Assembly (NCBI GenBank): GCA_963740085.1
Contig: CAVUCU010000005.1
Span: forward strand, 1 to 64,000
DNA length: 64,000 nucleotides
Direction of reading: 5' to 3'
From: Nitrospirota bacterium
Lineage (GTDB): Bacteria; Nitrospirota; UBA9217
Below, one piece after another: positions 40,480-50,890 of the stretch. The translations under genes and the position numbers were made by a program. The notes under the pieces were generated by a model. The model saw only the letters and a list, made by a program, of their open reading frames with translations. It made no database searches and was not told the origin of the DNA. The stretch's first letter is position 1. The number at the start of each line of letters is the position of its first letter.

Positions 40480-42084
40480 TTACGATCTCGCGAAAAACGC
40501 GGCGTGGTTGGAGGTAAAAAGCGGAGGATCCTTTTTCAGGATCGCCGAGACAGCGGGATGTTTTTTAAATTCAACGTCGAGGAACCTTCGCACCGCTCTT
40601 CGGTCCCATTGGTGAGGGTGCTTAAAGGACGTATAGAGCGACAGGTCTCCTTCGTAGAACTGTTCGGTCTCATGCTCTCTCGCTTCCTGTCCGCACACCG
40701 GCATATTGAACACTGCCAGGTTCAGGAAAGTGATCGCTTCATGATGAGCAGCAACGAATTCGAGCGTCTTTCGCGCCTCGCTTATCGTCTCAGCCGGAGT
40801 GCCGAAGAGAAGATAAACATACGCGGCGATCCCGGCTGCGTGAAGATTTTTCAACACCTGCGACGCTGTCGCGAGGTCGATACCCTTCCGCAACCTGTCA
40901 AGCACCCCCTGATCGCCTGATTCCAGCCCAAGCTTCAGCATCCTGCATCCCGATCGTTTGAGCTGCTTGCAATAATCACCGTCGGTGAGCTCTTTGCCGA
41001 TCCTCGCGAAACCGTACCACGGGACTCCGGGGGGATCTTTCGCGAGCGCATGCATGAGTGCGGGATTGACCGCATTGTCGAGCAGATGGACCAGGACAGG
41101 ACCTGTTTTCTCAATCAGCGATCTGAGATCGGTCATCGCCAGATCCGCGGGAACCGGGATATACGGATTGTTCTCCGCTGTCTCCGGACAGAAGGAGCAT
41201 TTACGGAAGGAGCATCCGCTCGACCCGCTGTAGGGAAGAATGAATCCCGGGGACAGGTACTCCTCACGAGGCAGGGATCCATAATCAGGCGTAACGTGCT
41301 CATGCCCGCTTCCTTTGATGCCAAGCAGTTCGAGCAGCGGCCCCTCCCCCGGCCCGGCGATAAGGTGATCAACAAGACCGCCAAACGGGTTCTTCCATAC
41401 CGGCCCTTTCATCCAGGAGGTCACCAGGCCGCCGCCGAGGGCGATCTTCAAGCCGGGGAACTCGCGCCTGATATAGCCGATCATGGCGAACGTGGTAAGG
41501 GCCTGGCTCAGATAATTCAGAGAAAAACCAATTAATGGCGATGATTTTTTTTCTCCATTCCATGCCTCATGTATCGCTTCGCGCCCTTGGCGTCGAAGCC
41601 TGCCCCCGAATTCCTCAATCGGGGGCGGTGAAAAGGTTTTCTCAAGGATTTCCGGCAGACGTCTGCTGAACCAGGGATAAAACGGATCCCGTTCCGGGTG
41701 CTCGGCGGCGATGATCAGGTCACTGCTCCGCACGGGAGAAAGCTCTTGATGGTGATAATCCGCCAGGCCGAGGATCGCATGGAACTCCCTGACAGAGGCC
41801 TCCAGCACGCGGTTCACGTCTTTTACGGCCCTGCTGTAATGGTCGGGATTGCGGTAGGTTCGCGGGTCACGGAGTGCGGCGAGATTGGAGGAAATATTTT
41901 TAACCGCCCGCCGGGTCCAGGTATCGGACGCGGTCTGCGGCTTCTGCATGAGAGAGAGAATTCCCTCGAGATTCGCGTCCAGGACCATGCAGGATATTCC
42001 CTGCGCATTAAGCGCGCCCGCAAGTTTCGCTATGCCCGCGGGAGGCTCACACGGTTTTGCTGCAGGAGGAAAGATAAGGAGCAT
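40480..42084 (-). CDS. Radical SAM protein, B12-binding-domain type
   Basis: LLIFPP..PPAGIA.L, GFSLNYLSQ, LGGG, GCSFRKCSFC and LGLESG. Confidence 0.85.
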   Translation of the reverse strand: MLLIFPPAAKPCEPPAGIAKLAGALNAQGISCMVLDANLEGILSLMQKPQTASDTWTRRAVKNISSNLAALRDPRTYRNPDHYSRAVKDVNRVLEASVREFHAILGLADYHHQELSPVRSSDLIIAAEHPERDPFYPWFSRRLPEILEKTFSPPPIEEFGGRLRRQGREAIHEAWNGEKKSSPLIGFSLNYLSQALTTFAMIGYIRREFPGLKIALGGGLVTSWMKGPVWKNPFGGLVDHLIAGPGEGPLLELLGIKGSGHEHVTPDYGSLPREEYLSPGFILPYSGSSGCSFRKCSFCPETAENNPYIPVPADLAMTDLRSLIEKTGPVLVHLLDNAVNPALMHALAKDPPGVPWYGFARIGKELTDGDYCKQLKRSGCRMLKLGLESGDQGVLDRLRKGIDLATASQVLKNLHAAGIAAYVYLLFGTPAETISEARKTLEFVAAHHEAITFLNLAVFNMPVCGQEAREHETEQFYEGDLSLYTSFKHPHQWDRRAVRRFLDVEFKKHPAVSAILKKDPPLFTSNHAAFFARS

Positions 42085-42157
42085 GTGGCATTATGCCGGA
42101 TGAGGGATGCGATATCAAGAGCATTCGAGATCCGACAGATCCGACGGATCTTATGAA

Positions 42158-43462
42158 TTACTTCCTCTTCGACTCGATCAACGCCTGGACAGGTTTGAGG
42201 CTGTAGGGGCTTCCATGTTCTATTGCCGTGAGCACCGTGCCTCCGCCGGTGAAAAAGTAGTAGCTCGCATTGTCCATCACCGAAAGATAAAGGCCCGGCA
42301 GGAGGTTCTTGAATTCCTGGAGGGTATCCCCGCCTCCGTACATTTTCATGGCATCGCGGTTGAGATCGATGGTGTTGTCGAGCGCCTGGGAACCGGAAGA
42401 AAAGTGCGGGGTGTACCCCATGACGGCGTTCACGAAGATCGTCTTTGCCGTGCCGATGGCGTCGGCAACGGTCTTTTCCTCGAATGACCGGGGGTCGATG
42501 TCCAGGACGTACCCGTACGAATCACCGGACTTAAAATCATGAAGAGAGATGGTCCGGTACTTGCCTTCGATCCTGCCGTCGATGATGTCCGATTCCACGA
42601 CAAAGGGAAGCTCGACGATCTTCTTCTGGACGCGGTCCTTTTCAACCAGTTCCTGCGCAAGCGCGCAGTCCTCTTCCAGAACGCCCTTGATCCGCACCCC
42701 GTATTTTGCGCAGAGATACGTGTTGTAAATGACGCCGCCGAGAACGAGACGGTCCACCTTTTCATAAAGGGCGGTGAGCGGCTTTATCTTGGTGTCGTAC
42801 TTCGATCCTGCGACCACGGCGAGGAAGGGCCGCTCGGGTCTCATGACCCCCTCGAGGTGCACGATCTCCTGCTGCAGCAGGAAACCCGCATAGGACGGCA
42901 AATGCCGGGTGATGTCGACCGTGGAGGCATGGGGCTGCCAAGAGCCGAACGCATCGTTCACGTAGATATCCGCGAGGCCGGCAAGCTGGAGCGCAAAACG
43001 CTCCCGGAGCTCGCCCTCAGCCTCCTCCCCGAGGAACCACCGCGTGTTCGGAAGATAGATCCCCCCGATCTTCCGTTCTTTCAGCTCCCTGACGGCAAGG
43101 TTGATGGACGTGTCGATCCCCGTAATGCCCCGCACCGGGTCCGGGGGAAATTTCGGGACATACAATTTTGAATGGAGCTTCTGTTCAAGATAGCGAACGA
43201 TGGGCTCAACGGACTCCTCGGGTCTGCAGGTTATCGTTCCCGTCTTTTTGTCTTTCGGCCTCCCCACATGGGTCATCATAATAGGTCTGCCGCCGCGCTC
43301 GACAATGTGAAAGAGTGTCCCGATAGTACGGTCGATCCGATAGGGGTCGCGTATCTCGCCTCCCTTTACAACATTGTGATCGAACCGGACGAGGACAACC
43401 TTCCCGTCAAGGTTGGCATCCTGGATCAGCGGCAAATCAGCGTGTAATGGCCTGCTCAGCAT
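42158..43462 (-). CDS. pgk: Phosphoglycerate kinase
   Basis: VLVRFDHNV, THVGRP, NTRW, YVNDAFG, GGGDT and FTGGG. Confidence 0.9.
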   Translation of the reverse strand: MLSRPLHADLPLIQDANLDGKVVLVRFDHNVVKGGEIRDPYRIDRTIGTLFHIVERGGRPIMMTHVGRPKDKKTGTITCRPEESVEPIVRYLEQKLHSKLYVPKFPPDPVRGITGIDTSINLAVRELKERKIGGIYLPNTRWFLGEEAEGELRERFALQLAGLADIYVNDAFGSWQPHASTVDITRHLPSYAGFLLQQEIVHLEGVMRPERPFLAVVAGSKYDTKIKPLTALYEKVDRLVLGGVIYNTYLCAKYGVRIKGVLEEDCALAQELVEKDRVQKKIVELPFVVESDIIDGRIEGKYRTISLHDFKSGDSYGYVLDIDPRSFEEKTVADAIGTAKTIFVNAVMGYTPHFSSGSQALDNTIDLNRDAMKMYGGGDTLQEFKNLLPGLYLSVMDNASYYFFTGGGTVLTAIEHGSPYSLKPVQALIESKRK

Positions 43463-43583
43463 AGTGGACCGCCTTTATCACATTCGGGAATGAACGACAA
43501 CCGTATTATAGCACATTGAAAAAACCGACAGTCAATAAAGAACCAAATTCTTTTCAAAGAGAAAAGGAAAAACTCAAGGCGTT

Positions 43584-43643
43584 ATCACGAATGCCACGAA
43601 CAGGGCGAATTAAACGAATAAACTTTTCTTCGTGCTGTTCGTA
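43584..43643. repeat. Intergenic palindrome of CACGAAT-type units
   Basis: cacgaatgccacgaa ... ttcgtgccattcgtg inverted arms. Confidence 0.6.
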
Positions 43644-43692
43644 TAATTCGTGCCATTCGTGGTTACTCTTTTGGGGGCAGGAAGGAATTGCA

Positions 43693-45237
43693 TCAATGCG
43701 CCGGCGGCGGTCCGCCCGCAGACGCTTTTGACCATTTCATGATGAACACCAGCGGAATAACGCTAAGGATAAGGAAACAGATCAAAAGGAACGCATCGGT
43801 GAATGCGAGGGTAGTCGACTGCCTTACCAGCTCCCGGTACATCATGCCGTCCGCGCCCGCAGGCGGCAAACCCTTCTGACTTAAGAACCCTGCCATCTTT
43901 TCATGGGCGATCTGGTACGCCGGATCAAAGGGCGACAGATGTTCCACCAGACGCGTCTGGTGGAGCTGCGCCCTGCGCGAAAGGATCGTCGTGGTCATGG
44001 CGATGCCCACGCTTCCACCGAGATTCCTGAGCAGGTTATACACCGAGGTCGCTTCGGTCATATGCTCTTTCGGGATATGCGATAGCGTGAGCGTGGTGAG
44101 CGGGATAAAGGTCATGCCCATGCCGAACCCGAGGAAGACCCGCGGCCAGACAAAGGTCCAGAAATCCGTCGTGAGGTTGAAACGCGACATCATGTACGTG
44201 CTGAGCGCGCACACGCACATGCCGGTAACGAGAAACCTTTTCGGGTTCACCTTGCCGATGAACTTCCCCACGAACGGCATGGCGAACATGGTGGCGATGC
44301 CTCCCGGACCGAGCACGAGACCGGCGTAGAACGACGTGTAGCCCATGATCGTCTGCAAATAGATAGGCAGCAGAACGATGCTGCCGAAGAGGTTCAGGAA
44401 AACGAAGAACATCACCACGGAGCCGCTCGTGAACGTCCGGTCCTTGAACAGTTTCAGGTTGACGATGGGGGTCTCCGAATAATACTCGTTGATCACCAGA
44501 AGCGTGAGGCAGACCGCCGCGATGATGCCGAAGGTAATGATCAGGTTGGACGAGAACCAGTCATCACTCTCGCCCTTATCGAGCATGAACTGGAGCGCGC
44601 CCAGGCCTACGGCAAGGAACAAGAGGCCCCAGTAGTCGACCTTCATCTTCTGCCGCTTCATATACGGCGGGTCCTCGATCACGATAATGTTCATAATGAT
44701 CGAGAGGATGCCGATCGGAATATTGATGTAGAAGATCCAGCGCCAGGACCAGTTGTCCGTGATCCAGCCGCCGAGAAGCGGGCCCACAATGGGGCCCAGC
44801 ATGGCGCCCATACCGAAGATGGCCATGGCAACGCCGTGTTTTTCCCGGGGGAAACTTTCGAGCAGGATGGACTGGCTTATCGGCACCAGCCCGCCTCCGC
44901 CGATCCCCTGGAGTATCCTGAAGAACACCAGGCTCTGGAGGCTCCAGGCCGAGCCGCACATGAAGGAGCTGAAGGTGAAGAGGGCGATCGAGGCGATCTG
45001 GTAATTTTTCCTGCCGATGAGCTTGGCGAGCCAGCCCGCCATGGGGATCACGATGGCGTTCGAGACGAGGTAGGCGGTGATGGTCCAGGTGGCTTCGTCG
45101 ATGCCCGCTGAGAGCGAGCCCCTGATGTGGTTGAGCGAGACATTTACGATCGAGGTGTCGATGATCTCGATCAGGGTCGGAAGCATGACGGTGAATGCGA
45201 TGAGGCCGAGGCCCCGGGTTTTTGTAGTTTGACTCAT
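43693..45237 (-). CDS. EmrB/QacA (DHA2) MFS efflux permease
   Basis: IDTSIVNVSL, WTITAYL, RILQGIGGG, WRWIFYINIPIG and NLLRNLGGSVG. Confidence 0.95.
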   Translation of the reverse strand: MSQTTKTRGLGLIAFTVMLPTLIEIIDTSIVNVSLNHIRGSLSAGIDEATWTITAYLVSNAIVIPMAGWLAKLIGRKNYQIASIALFTFSSFMCGSAWSLQSLVFFRILQGIGGGGLVPISQSILLESFPREKHGVAMAIFGMGAMLGPIVGPLLGGWITDNWSWRWIFYINIPIGILSIIMNIIVIEDPPYMKRQKMKVDYWGLLFLAVGLGALQFMLDKGESDDWFSSNLIITFGIIAAVCLTLLVINEYYSETPIVNLKLFKDRTFTSGSVVMFFVFLNLFGSIVLLPIYLQTIMGYTSFYAGLVLGPGGIATMFAMPFVGKFIGKVNPKRFLVTGMCVCALSTYMMSRFNLTTDFWTFVWPRVFLGFGMGMTFIPLTTLTLSHIPKEHMTEATSVYNLLRNLGGSVGIAMTTTILSRRAQLHQTRLVEHLSPFDPAYQIAHEKMAGFLSQKGLPPAGADGMMYRELVRQSTTLAFTDAFLLICFLILSVIPLVFIMKWSKASAGGPPPAH

Positions 45238-45372
45238 TACTGATGCCTGCACTCTTGATGAAGGACCAATAGGAAGAAGGAGACCAGATGATCATTCATT
45301 GCGTTCTCGAGAACAATAGAAAATCCTTATCTATTTTTATTATCTCTCGTCCCTCATCCTGAGTCTCTCTCT

Positions 45373-46377
45373 TTATTTCGCGATCACCGTGGGCTCAACG
45401 GACATGCCGATGCGGAGGACATGGTCCTTGTCCGTTCCCTCGTCGAGCACGATCTTGACCGGGATTCGCTGCACGACCTTCACGTAGTTGCCCGTGGCGT
45501 TCTCGGCCGGAAAGAGCGAGAAGCTCACGCCCGTGCCCGCCATAATGCTGTCCACTTTGCCGGAGAACTTCTTCCCGGGATAGGAATCCACCGCAAGCTC
45601 CACCCTCTGGCCGGGCCGGATGTTTTCCATCTGGGTCTCCTTGAAATTTGCCGTGACCCAGATATCCTTGAGCGCCACCACGGCCATGAGCGGCTGGCCG
45701 GGCTGGATCTGGTTTCCGGTCTGGACCGATTTTCTCGTGACGTATCCGTCCACGGGTGCGTAGATTTTCGTGTATTCGTAATTGAGCTCGGCAAGGGCCG
45801 CTGTCGCCTGTTTCTGCATGATCGTCGAGGCCTGGGTCAGCTTCTGCGCCTCCGCCTGGCGGAGCTGCTCCTCGGCCGCCTTCACCTGGGCCACGGCCAC
45901 TTCATAACCCGTCATGGCCCGGTCATAGCGGTCCCGGGGGAGGACTTCCTTCTGATAGAGCGCCTCGGAGCGGTTTTTTTCGAGCTCAGCCAGCCTGAGG
46001 TGTGCGTTCTGGAGTTCGAGGTTCACTTTAGCGGCGTCGATCTTGGTCACGGCCTCGGACAATTTCGCCTTTTCCGCGCCCACGACGGATGAGGCTTCGC
46101 GAAGCCTTACCGCATAATCGGCCGGGTCGATCTCAACGAGGAGGTCTCCCTTTTTGACGGACTGGTTGTCGTTGACGGATACCACCTTCACCGTCCCATA
46201 GATCTTCGCCGCAATGGTATGGATATTGCCATCGATGAAAGCGTCATCGGTCGAGACGTGAGTTTTCCGGTATCCTGAATAAAAATAGCCCGCGATCAGC
46301 CCGACAAGGACCACGACCCCGACGATCATGAAGGCTTTCTTCTTTTTCTGGTTATTCCCTGTTTGTTCTTCTGCCAT
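45373..46377 (-). CDS. EmrA/HlyD membrane fusion protein
   Basis: STDDAFIDG, ANFKETQ and PAENATGNYVKVVQRIPVKI. Confidence 0.95.
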   Translation of the reverse strand: MAEEQTGNNQKKKKAFMIVGVVVLVGLIAGYFYSGYRKTHVSTDDAFIDGNIHTIAAKIYGTVKVVSVNDNQSVKKGDLLVEIDPADYAVRLREASSVVGAEKAKLSEAVTKIDAAKVNLELQNAHLRLAELEKNRSEALYQKEVLPRDRYDRAMTGYEVAVAQVKAAEEQLRQAEAQKLTQASTIMQKQATAALAELNYEYTKIYAPVDGYVTRKSVQTGNQIQPGQPLMAVVALKDIWVTANFKETQMENIRPGQRVELAVDSYPGKKFSGKVDSIMAGTGVSFSLFPAENATGNYVKVVQRIPVKIVLDEGTDKDHVLRIGMSVEPTVIAK

Positions 46378-46504
46378 GCTGTGCTCCTTACAATTCGAGG
46401 GAAATTCCAACCTCGATCTTCTAAATTCTAGATAATTTCAAAATTCGAATTTTGGAACATTAAATATTGTTTAGGATTTCGAGCTTGGGATTTGGGTATT
46501 AATC

Positions 46505-47815
46505 TTAATTCCCATACATGCTCACCATGTCCTTGCCAGCCGCGTTGAGGAGGACGGCCTCCGCCCGCTTGAATCCGTACAGCGACTTCCAGGAATTCGA
46601 TTCCGCCGTTGTCAAAAGCGTCACGGCGTCGAGCACCTCGGTTGCCGTGCCCACGCCTTCCCTGTACCGGAGACGCTGGAGTCTCAGGTTCTCCTCCGCC
46701 TGGGCAACCGCGGTCTTCGTGACCTCGATTTTTTGGGCCGAGCTCTGCAGATCGAGGTAGGCAGCCTTAACCTCCAGGCGGATGCCGTCCAGCAGCTTAT
46801 CCCGTGAAAGTCTGAGCGACCGCAGCTCCGCCCTTGCCAGAGCCGCCCGGGAACGGCTCGCGCCGCCGGAAGAAAGATTGATGTTCACGCCGGCAATGGC
46901 CGACCAGTTGTCCTGATGGACCATGTACCTGTTCTCCGAATATTCATACCCGCCGGAAACGTAGAAGGTCGGCAAATACTCCGCCTGCGCGGTCTTAACG
47001 TTCTGTTCTTTCGCCGCGATGGCCGCATCCATCTCCTTGAGCAGCGCCCGTGATGCCTCCGCGCTGATCCACGCGTCTTCGAGCGTCATACCCGCCGACG
47101 GGCTGGCCCTGATCTCATCAGGCTGAATCGCATCATTCAATGGTTTTAAAAGTATACTGTTGAGCTTCGATTCCCGCAGCGACCGGAGGTTCTCCGCGGT
47201 CAGGAGCCGCTGGCGCGAGTCTGCAAGTGTAACGGTCGCCTGTAGCACTTCGTTCTTGGTGACAACGCCGGCACCATACCGGGCTTCCGTATCTTTTTTG
47301 TGGGCTTCGTACTGCTGCACTTCCTCCCTGGCGACCTGAAGCAGCTTTTCGGATTCCAAGAGGTCCAGATACATGGTGATAAAATCCAGGGCCGCCTGGT
47401 TCTTCGATCGGTCGGTCCCGATCTCACGGGCCTTTAATCCGTTCTGCGCCGCATCGATCGATGAAGATGTTTTGCCGAAGTCGTAAAGAAGTTGCGTGGC
47501 CCTCACTCCGTAGGTCAGGAATTGATCCTGCGATACGGGGATCGAATTCGTCGAAGCCCCGGGAATACTAAACGGGAGTTTGGACTCGGGCTGATAGCGG
47601 AGCCATGTCTCACGGCCGTAGAGGTCAACCCAGGGCAACCAGGGGGAACGTGCGAGAGAGACCGTTGCCCGCGCCACGTCCTCATCAGACCGGGCAATGG
47701 TGACATCCCGTCCCGTCTCGGTGACGATCTTCAGACCCTCCTCCAGTGAAAGCGCGTGGGCAGTGAACGGAGAGAGGGCCAGGAAAAGGGCAAGGACAAG
47801 TTGTAATCGTTTCAT
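46505..47815 (-). CDS. TolC-family outer-membrane efflux protein
   Basis: Signal peptide from ATG 47815, QLLYDFG, RYGAG, AEYLP and RYREG..T..EVLDA. Confidence 0.92.
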   Translation of the reverse strand: MKRLQLVLALFLALSPFTAHALSLEEGLKIVTETGRDVTIARSDEDVARATVSLARSPWLPWVDLYGRETWLRYQPESKLPFSIPGASTNSIPVSQDQFLTYGVRATQLLYDFGKTSSSIDAAQNGLKAREIGTDRSKNQAALDFITMYLDLLESEKLLQVAREEVQQYEAHKKDTEARYGAGVVTKNEVLQATVTLADSRQRLLTAENLRSLRESKLNSILLKPLNDAIQPDEIRASPSAGMTLEDAWISAEASRALLKEMDAAIAAKEQNVKTAQAEYLPTFYVSGGYEYSENRYMVHQDNWSAIAGVNINLSSGGASRSRAALARAELRSLRLSRDKLLDGIRLEVKAAYLDLQSSAQKIEVTKTAVAQAEENLRLQRLRYREGVGTATEVLDAVTLLTTAESNSWKSLYGFKRAEAVLLNAAGKDMVSMYGN

Positions 47816-48029
47816 GACAATACCTCGGGAACGGCTTCTGCAAGAATGTAAGTAAGCACTATAGTACACGAAAATAATAAAAAGTGAAGCGGTTTTTCGG
47901 CGCCTCATGAACAGGTTGTTTCCTGGACCTTTCTTTGCGCCTTTGCGGCTTTGTATGTAATAGAGCTGAGCTGTTCCGCTTTTTTTTCTCTCGTGCGGAA
48001 CTTCTCCCCTCTTTGAACCGAAATGGCAA

Positions 48030-48058
48030 TTGACAAGTTTAGAGGAATGTCCTACATT
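48030..48058 (+). promoter_or_regulatory. Sigma70-type promoter for mltA
   Basis: TTGACA-17 nt-TACATT. Confidence 0.55.
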
Positions 48059-48138
48059 ACAGTTTGAAAGCTGCGCGAAACCAGACCCCTGGCCATAGAA
48101 GGACCGGAACTTTATCAGCACTAGTCGTCTCATTGAAT

Positions 48139-49326
48139 ATGAAAAGAGCAATCCTGACAACCATCGCCGTTCTCTCCCTGTTCGCCTGCGCCAAACCGCC
48201 GGTTCCCGTGACGAGGCCGGAAGAATCCCTGGTGCGCCTGTCGCCATGGCAATCGGTCTCGGCTCGTGACGACGCCGAATTCAAAGACATCGCCCTTGCA
48301 GTGCATCAAAGCCTGGAGTATTATAAAAAGATTTCCCAGAACACGGTGTTCTTCCTGGGGCCCGATAGAGCCAGCTCCCTCGACATGGCCCTGACGCTGC
48401 AGAACTTTCTCCTGATCATCGAGAATGATTCACTCACCTATGATCAGAAGGTGGATCGCATCAGGAAGGATTTTGTCTTTTACCGCGCCGTTGGGTCGAA
48501 CAACACCGGCAAGGTGCTCTTCACGGGCTACTACGAACCGCTTCTTTCCTGCCGCGTCACGAGAGATGATACCTTTCGCTATCCATTGTATCGAAGGCCT
48601 GATGACATCATCGAAGTGGATCTCTCCCAATTCGGCAACGGATTCCCGAAGAGCAAGCTCTTCGGGAGGCTTGACAACAGGAAGGTCGTCCCCTATTACT
48701 CCCGCGAGGAGATCGACCAGAAGAAGGTCCTTGCCGGAAAGGACCTGGAGATCCTGTGGTGCTCCGATCTCGTGGATATCTATGTGCTCCAGGTGCAGGG
48801 GTCGGGCAAGGTGGACCTGGGGGACGGAACCATCCTGAGCGTGCTGTACGACGGCGCGAACGGCCGGCCCTACAAGAGCATCGGAAAATATTTGATCGAT
48901 ACCGGAGCCATGACAAAAGAGAACATGTCCATGCAGGCGATACGGGAGTACCTGCGGACCCATCCCGATAAACTCAGGGGGGTCCTGAACGAGAATCCCA
49001 GCTACGTATTCTTCCGCCTCGGCTCAGGACCGTCGCTCGGCAATATCAGCGTTCCCCTTACGCCGGGCCGCTCCATAGCTACGGACAGTAAATTGTTCCC
49101 CAAAGGCGCTCTGGGCTTTATTTCGGCGCAGAAGCCGGTGATTGAAAACGGCGCGATCAAGGCATGGGTGCCGTTCACCCGGTTCGTCCTGAACCAGGAT
49201 ACCGGCGGCGCGATCAAGGGGCCGGGCAGGGCCGATGTGTTCTTCGGTTTCGGTCCGGATGCGGAATTAACCGCAGGAAACTTCCAGCATGAAGGGGAGC
49301 TGTACTTTTTGATGAGGAAAAAGTAA
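48139..49326 (+). CDS. mltA: Membrane-bound lytic murein transglycosylase A
   Basis: Lipobox LFAC, FTGYYEP, LQVQGSG, NPSYVFF, QDTGGAIKG and RADVFFG. Confidence 0.95.
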   Translation: MKRAILTTIAVLSLFACAKPPVPVTRPEESLVRLSPWQSVSARDDAEFKDIALAVHQSLEYYKKISQNTVFFLGPDRASSLDMALTLQNFLLIIENDSLTYDQKVDRIRKDFVFYRAVGSNNTGKVLFTGYYEPLLSCRVTRDDTFRYPLYRRPDDIIEVDLSQFGNGFPKSKLFGRLDNRKVVPYYSREEIDQKKVLAGKDLEILWCSDLVDIYVLQVQGSGKVDLGDGTILSVLYDGANGRPYKSIGKYLIDTGAMTKENMSMQAIREYLRTHPDKLRGVLNENPSYVFFRLGSGPSLGNISVPLTPGRSIATDSKLFPKGALGFISAQKPVIENGAIKAWVPFTRFVLNQDTGGAIKGPGRADVFFGFGPDAELTAGNFQHEGELYFLMRKK

Positions 49327-49524
49327 ATAAATAAAAACAAGGTAGAAATATCTCACCCTTTTGAAGGACGCGGGTTGTTCCGATTTGATGAAATCAGTCT
49401 CTAGGTCGTCAAAGGTGCCGATAATTTCCCTGTCACTGTCGGTCATGTTTATTTCCAGCCGACCTGCGAACCCGATCTTAAAGTCTGACCCCGTATGCCT
49501 GTGCCGCCACGACTTGTATCTCGA

Positions 49525-49896
49525 TTAACGGTTTCCTCCGTCATTGCAGTTGATTTGCTTCAACGAACCGTCTTTTACCCAATAGGGTTCTTTTCCGTCC
49601 GGGAACTTTATCTTCAGCGTCTTAAATTCGACTGATCTCTCCAAAACCTGAACCGTGATGCCGCCGGTAAGCCGCAGCACTGTCCCGCTCTTCAAGAGGT
49701 CTGCAAGCTTGTCCTTGTTGCCTTCCTCCTGGAAACGGGTCGCGGCATTTAAAGTCTCCTGGGTAGAAGCGGCCAAAGCGCCTTCCTTCGTGTTGTAAAA
49801 TTCGTCGACCTGGCATGCAGACGCGAACTGATGCGCCGCTAACGCCGCAGCGGCGCAAACCACAAATAATATAATGACTCCTGTTGTTCTATTCAT
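49525..49896 (-). CDS. Exported hypothetical protein
   Basis: Signal peptide, GGAGG RBS and two terminal Cys. Confidence 0.65.
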   Translation of the reverse strand: MNRTTGVIILFVVCAAAALAAHQFASACQVDEFYNTKEGALAASTQETLNAATRFQEEGNKDKLADLLKSGTVLRLTGGITVQVLERSVEFKTLKIKFPDGKEPYWVKDGSLKQINCNDGGNR

Positions 49897-49921
49897 CCTT
49901 GCCCTCCAATTATCACCGTGT

Positions 49922-50890
49922 TTATTTCAGGAAGTCACCGAAGATATGTTTTCCGTGCTCCAGCACCTGTAGAAGCTGATACATTTCCCCATTTCCGTTG
50001 GCGGGGTTCTTGTTCCGCCATTTCTCCAGATGCTCCCGGGAGCAAAAGAAGTTCATGAAGGGGCAAAAGGTCTTTGCGGTGCATCCGCAATCCTTTCGGC
50101 TGCTGACGAATTCAACTACGCCTTCCGGAATGCAGGAGGCGATTTTACCGTCCTTCATTTCGATCTTCATTTCGCGCTCACACTCAGGGCACCGGGACCG
50201 GACGGCAATATCTTCGTGCAGCATAAAATGGATGCCCAGTGCGTCTGTAGCGCACAGTGCGTATATCTCATGCCCGTCCTGAAAAAGTACTTTGTGGCGG
50301 GTCGCTTTTGCTGAAAAGGGATACGCGGATACGATCTCGTCTCCCTCTTTCGTCAGGATGTCAGCCTTATGCAGTCTTTCAACGAGCCGGTGGGCTGATT
50401 CGATCGACGGAAGCTTCAGGGCCTCGGCGATGTTTCTCCCGGATGGAGCCTTCCCGGTCCTGGCGAATTCCCTCAGAATGTATTTGCGCACATCATCTTC
50501 TTCGGTGCTTAGCTGCGCCTCCGCCAGTCTGCCTCTTACCGTTTCGCCGATCTTGTCCATGAGACTTTTCACCGGGGATTGAGCTCCGCCGCAATTTATT
50601 TCTCTCATTGTTTTTCGCAAGGTATCCACTGACGGCACATTTGCGAGTCTGCCCGACTCGTCCTGAAACATCCTTCAGGAAAACCCGATGATCCCCGACG
50701 GCTGCAATTCTTTGCCGTTGATGAAGACGGAAGGCGACCCGCTGAGCTTGAGTTCCGTCGCTTTTTCGTCTCTGATCCGGTGCATACCCACTTTGGCCCG
50801 AATCTGTTCGGATTCCAGGGCGCGTGCGATATTTTCTTTTAACGCTTCCTCTGAGCCGCATCCCTGTGATATATAACAGTCGATCTTCAC
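49922..50890 (-). CDS. Putative selenoprotein: thioredoxin-like domain (Sec at UGA 50675-50677) fused to a MerB organomercurial-lyase-like domain
   Basis: The two track ORFs are in the same frame, separated only by TGA-AGG, giving GSPSVFING...GFS-U-RMF. MerB motifs SAYPFS, YALCATD and FCPFMNFF are present, and a SECIS-like hairpin follows the UGA. Confidence 0.8.
50637..50674 (-). promoter_or_regulatory. Bacterial SECIS-like hairpin
   Basis: mRNA reads UGA-AGGAUGUUUCAGGA-CGAGUC-GGGCA-GACUCG. The G-starting loop begins 20 nt after the UGA. Confidence 0.7.
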
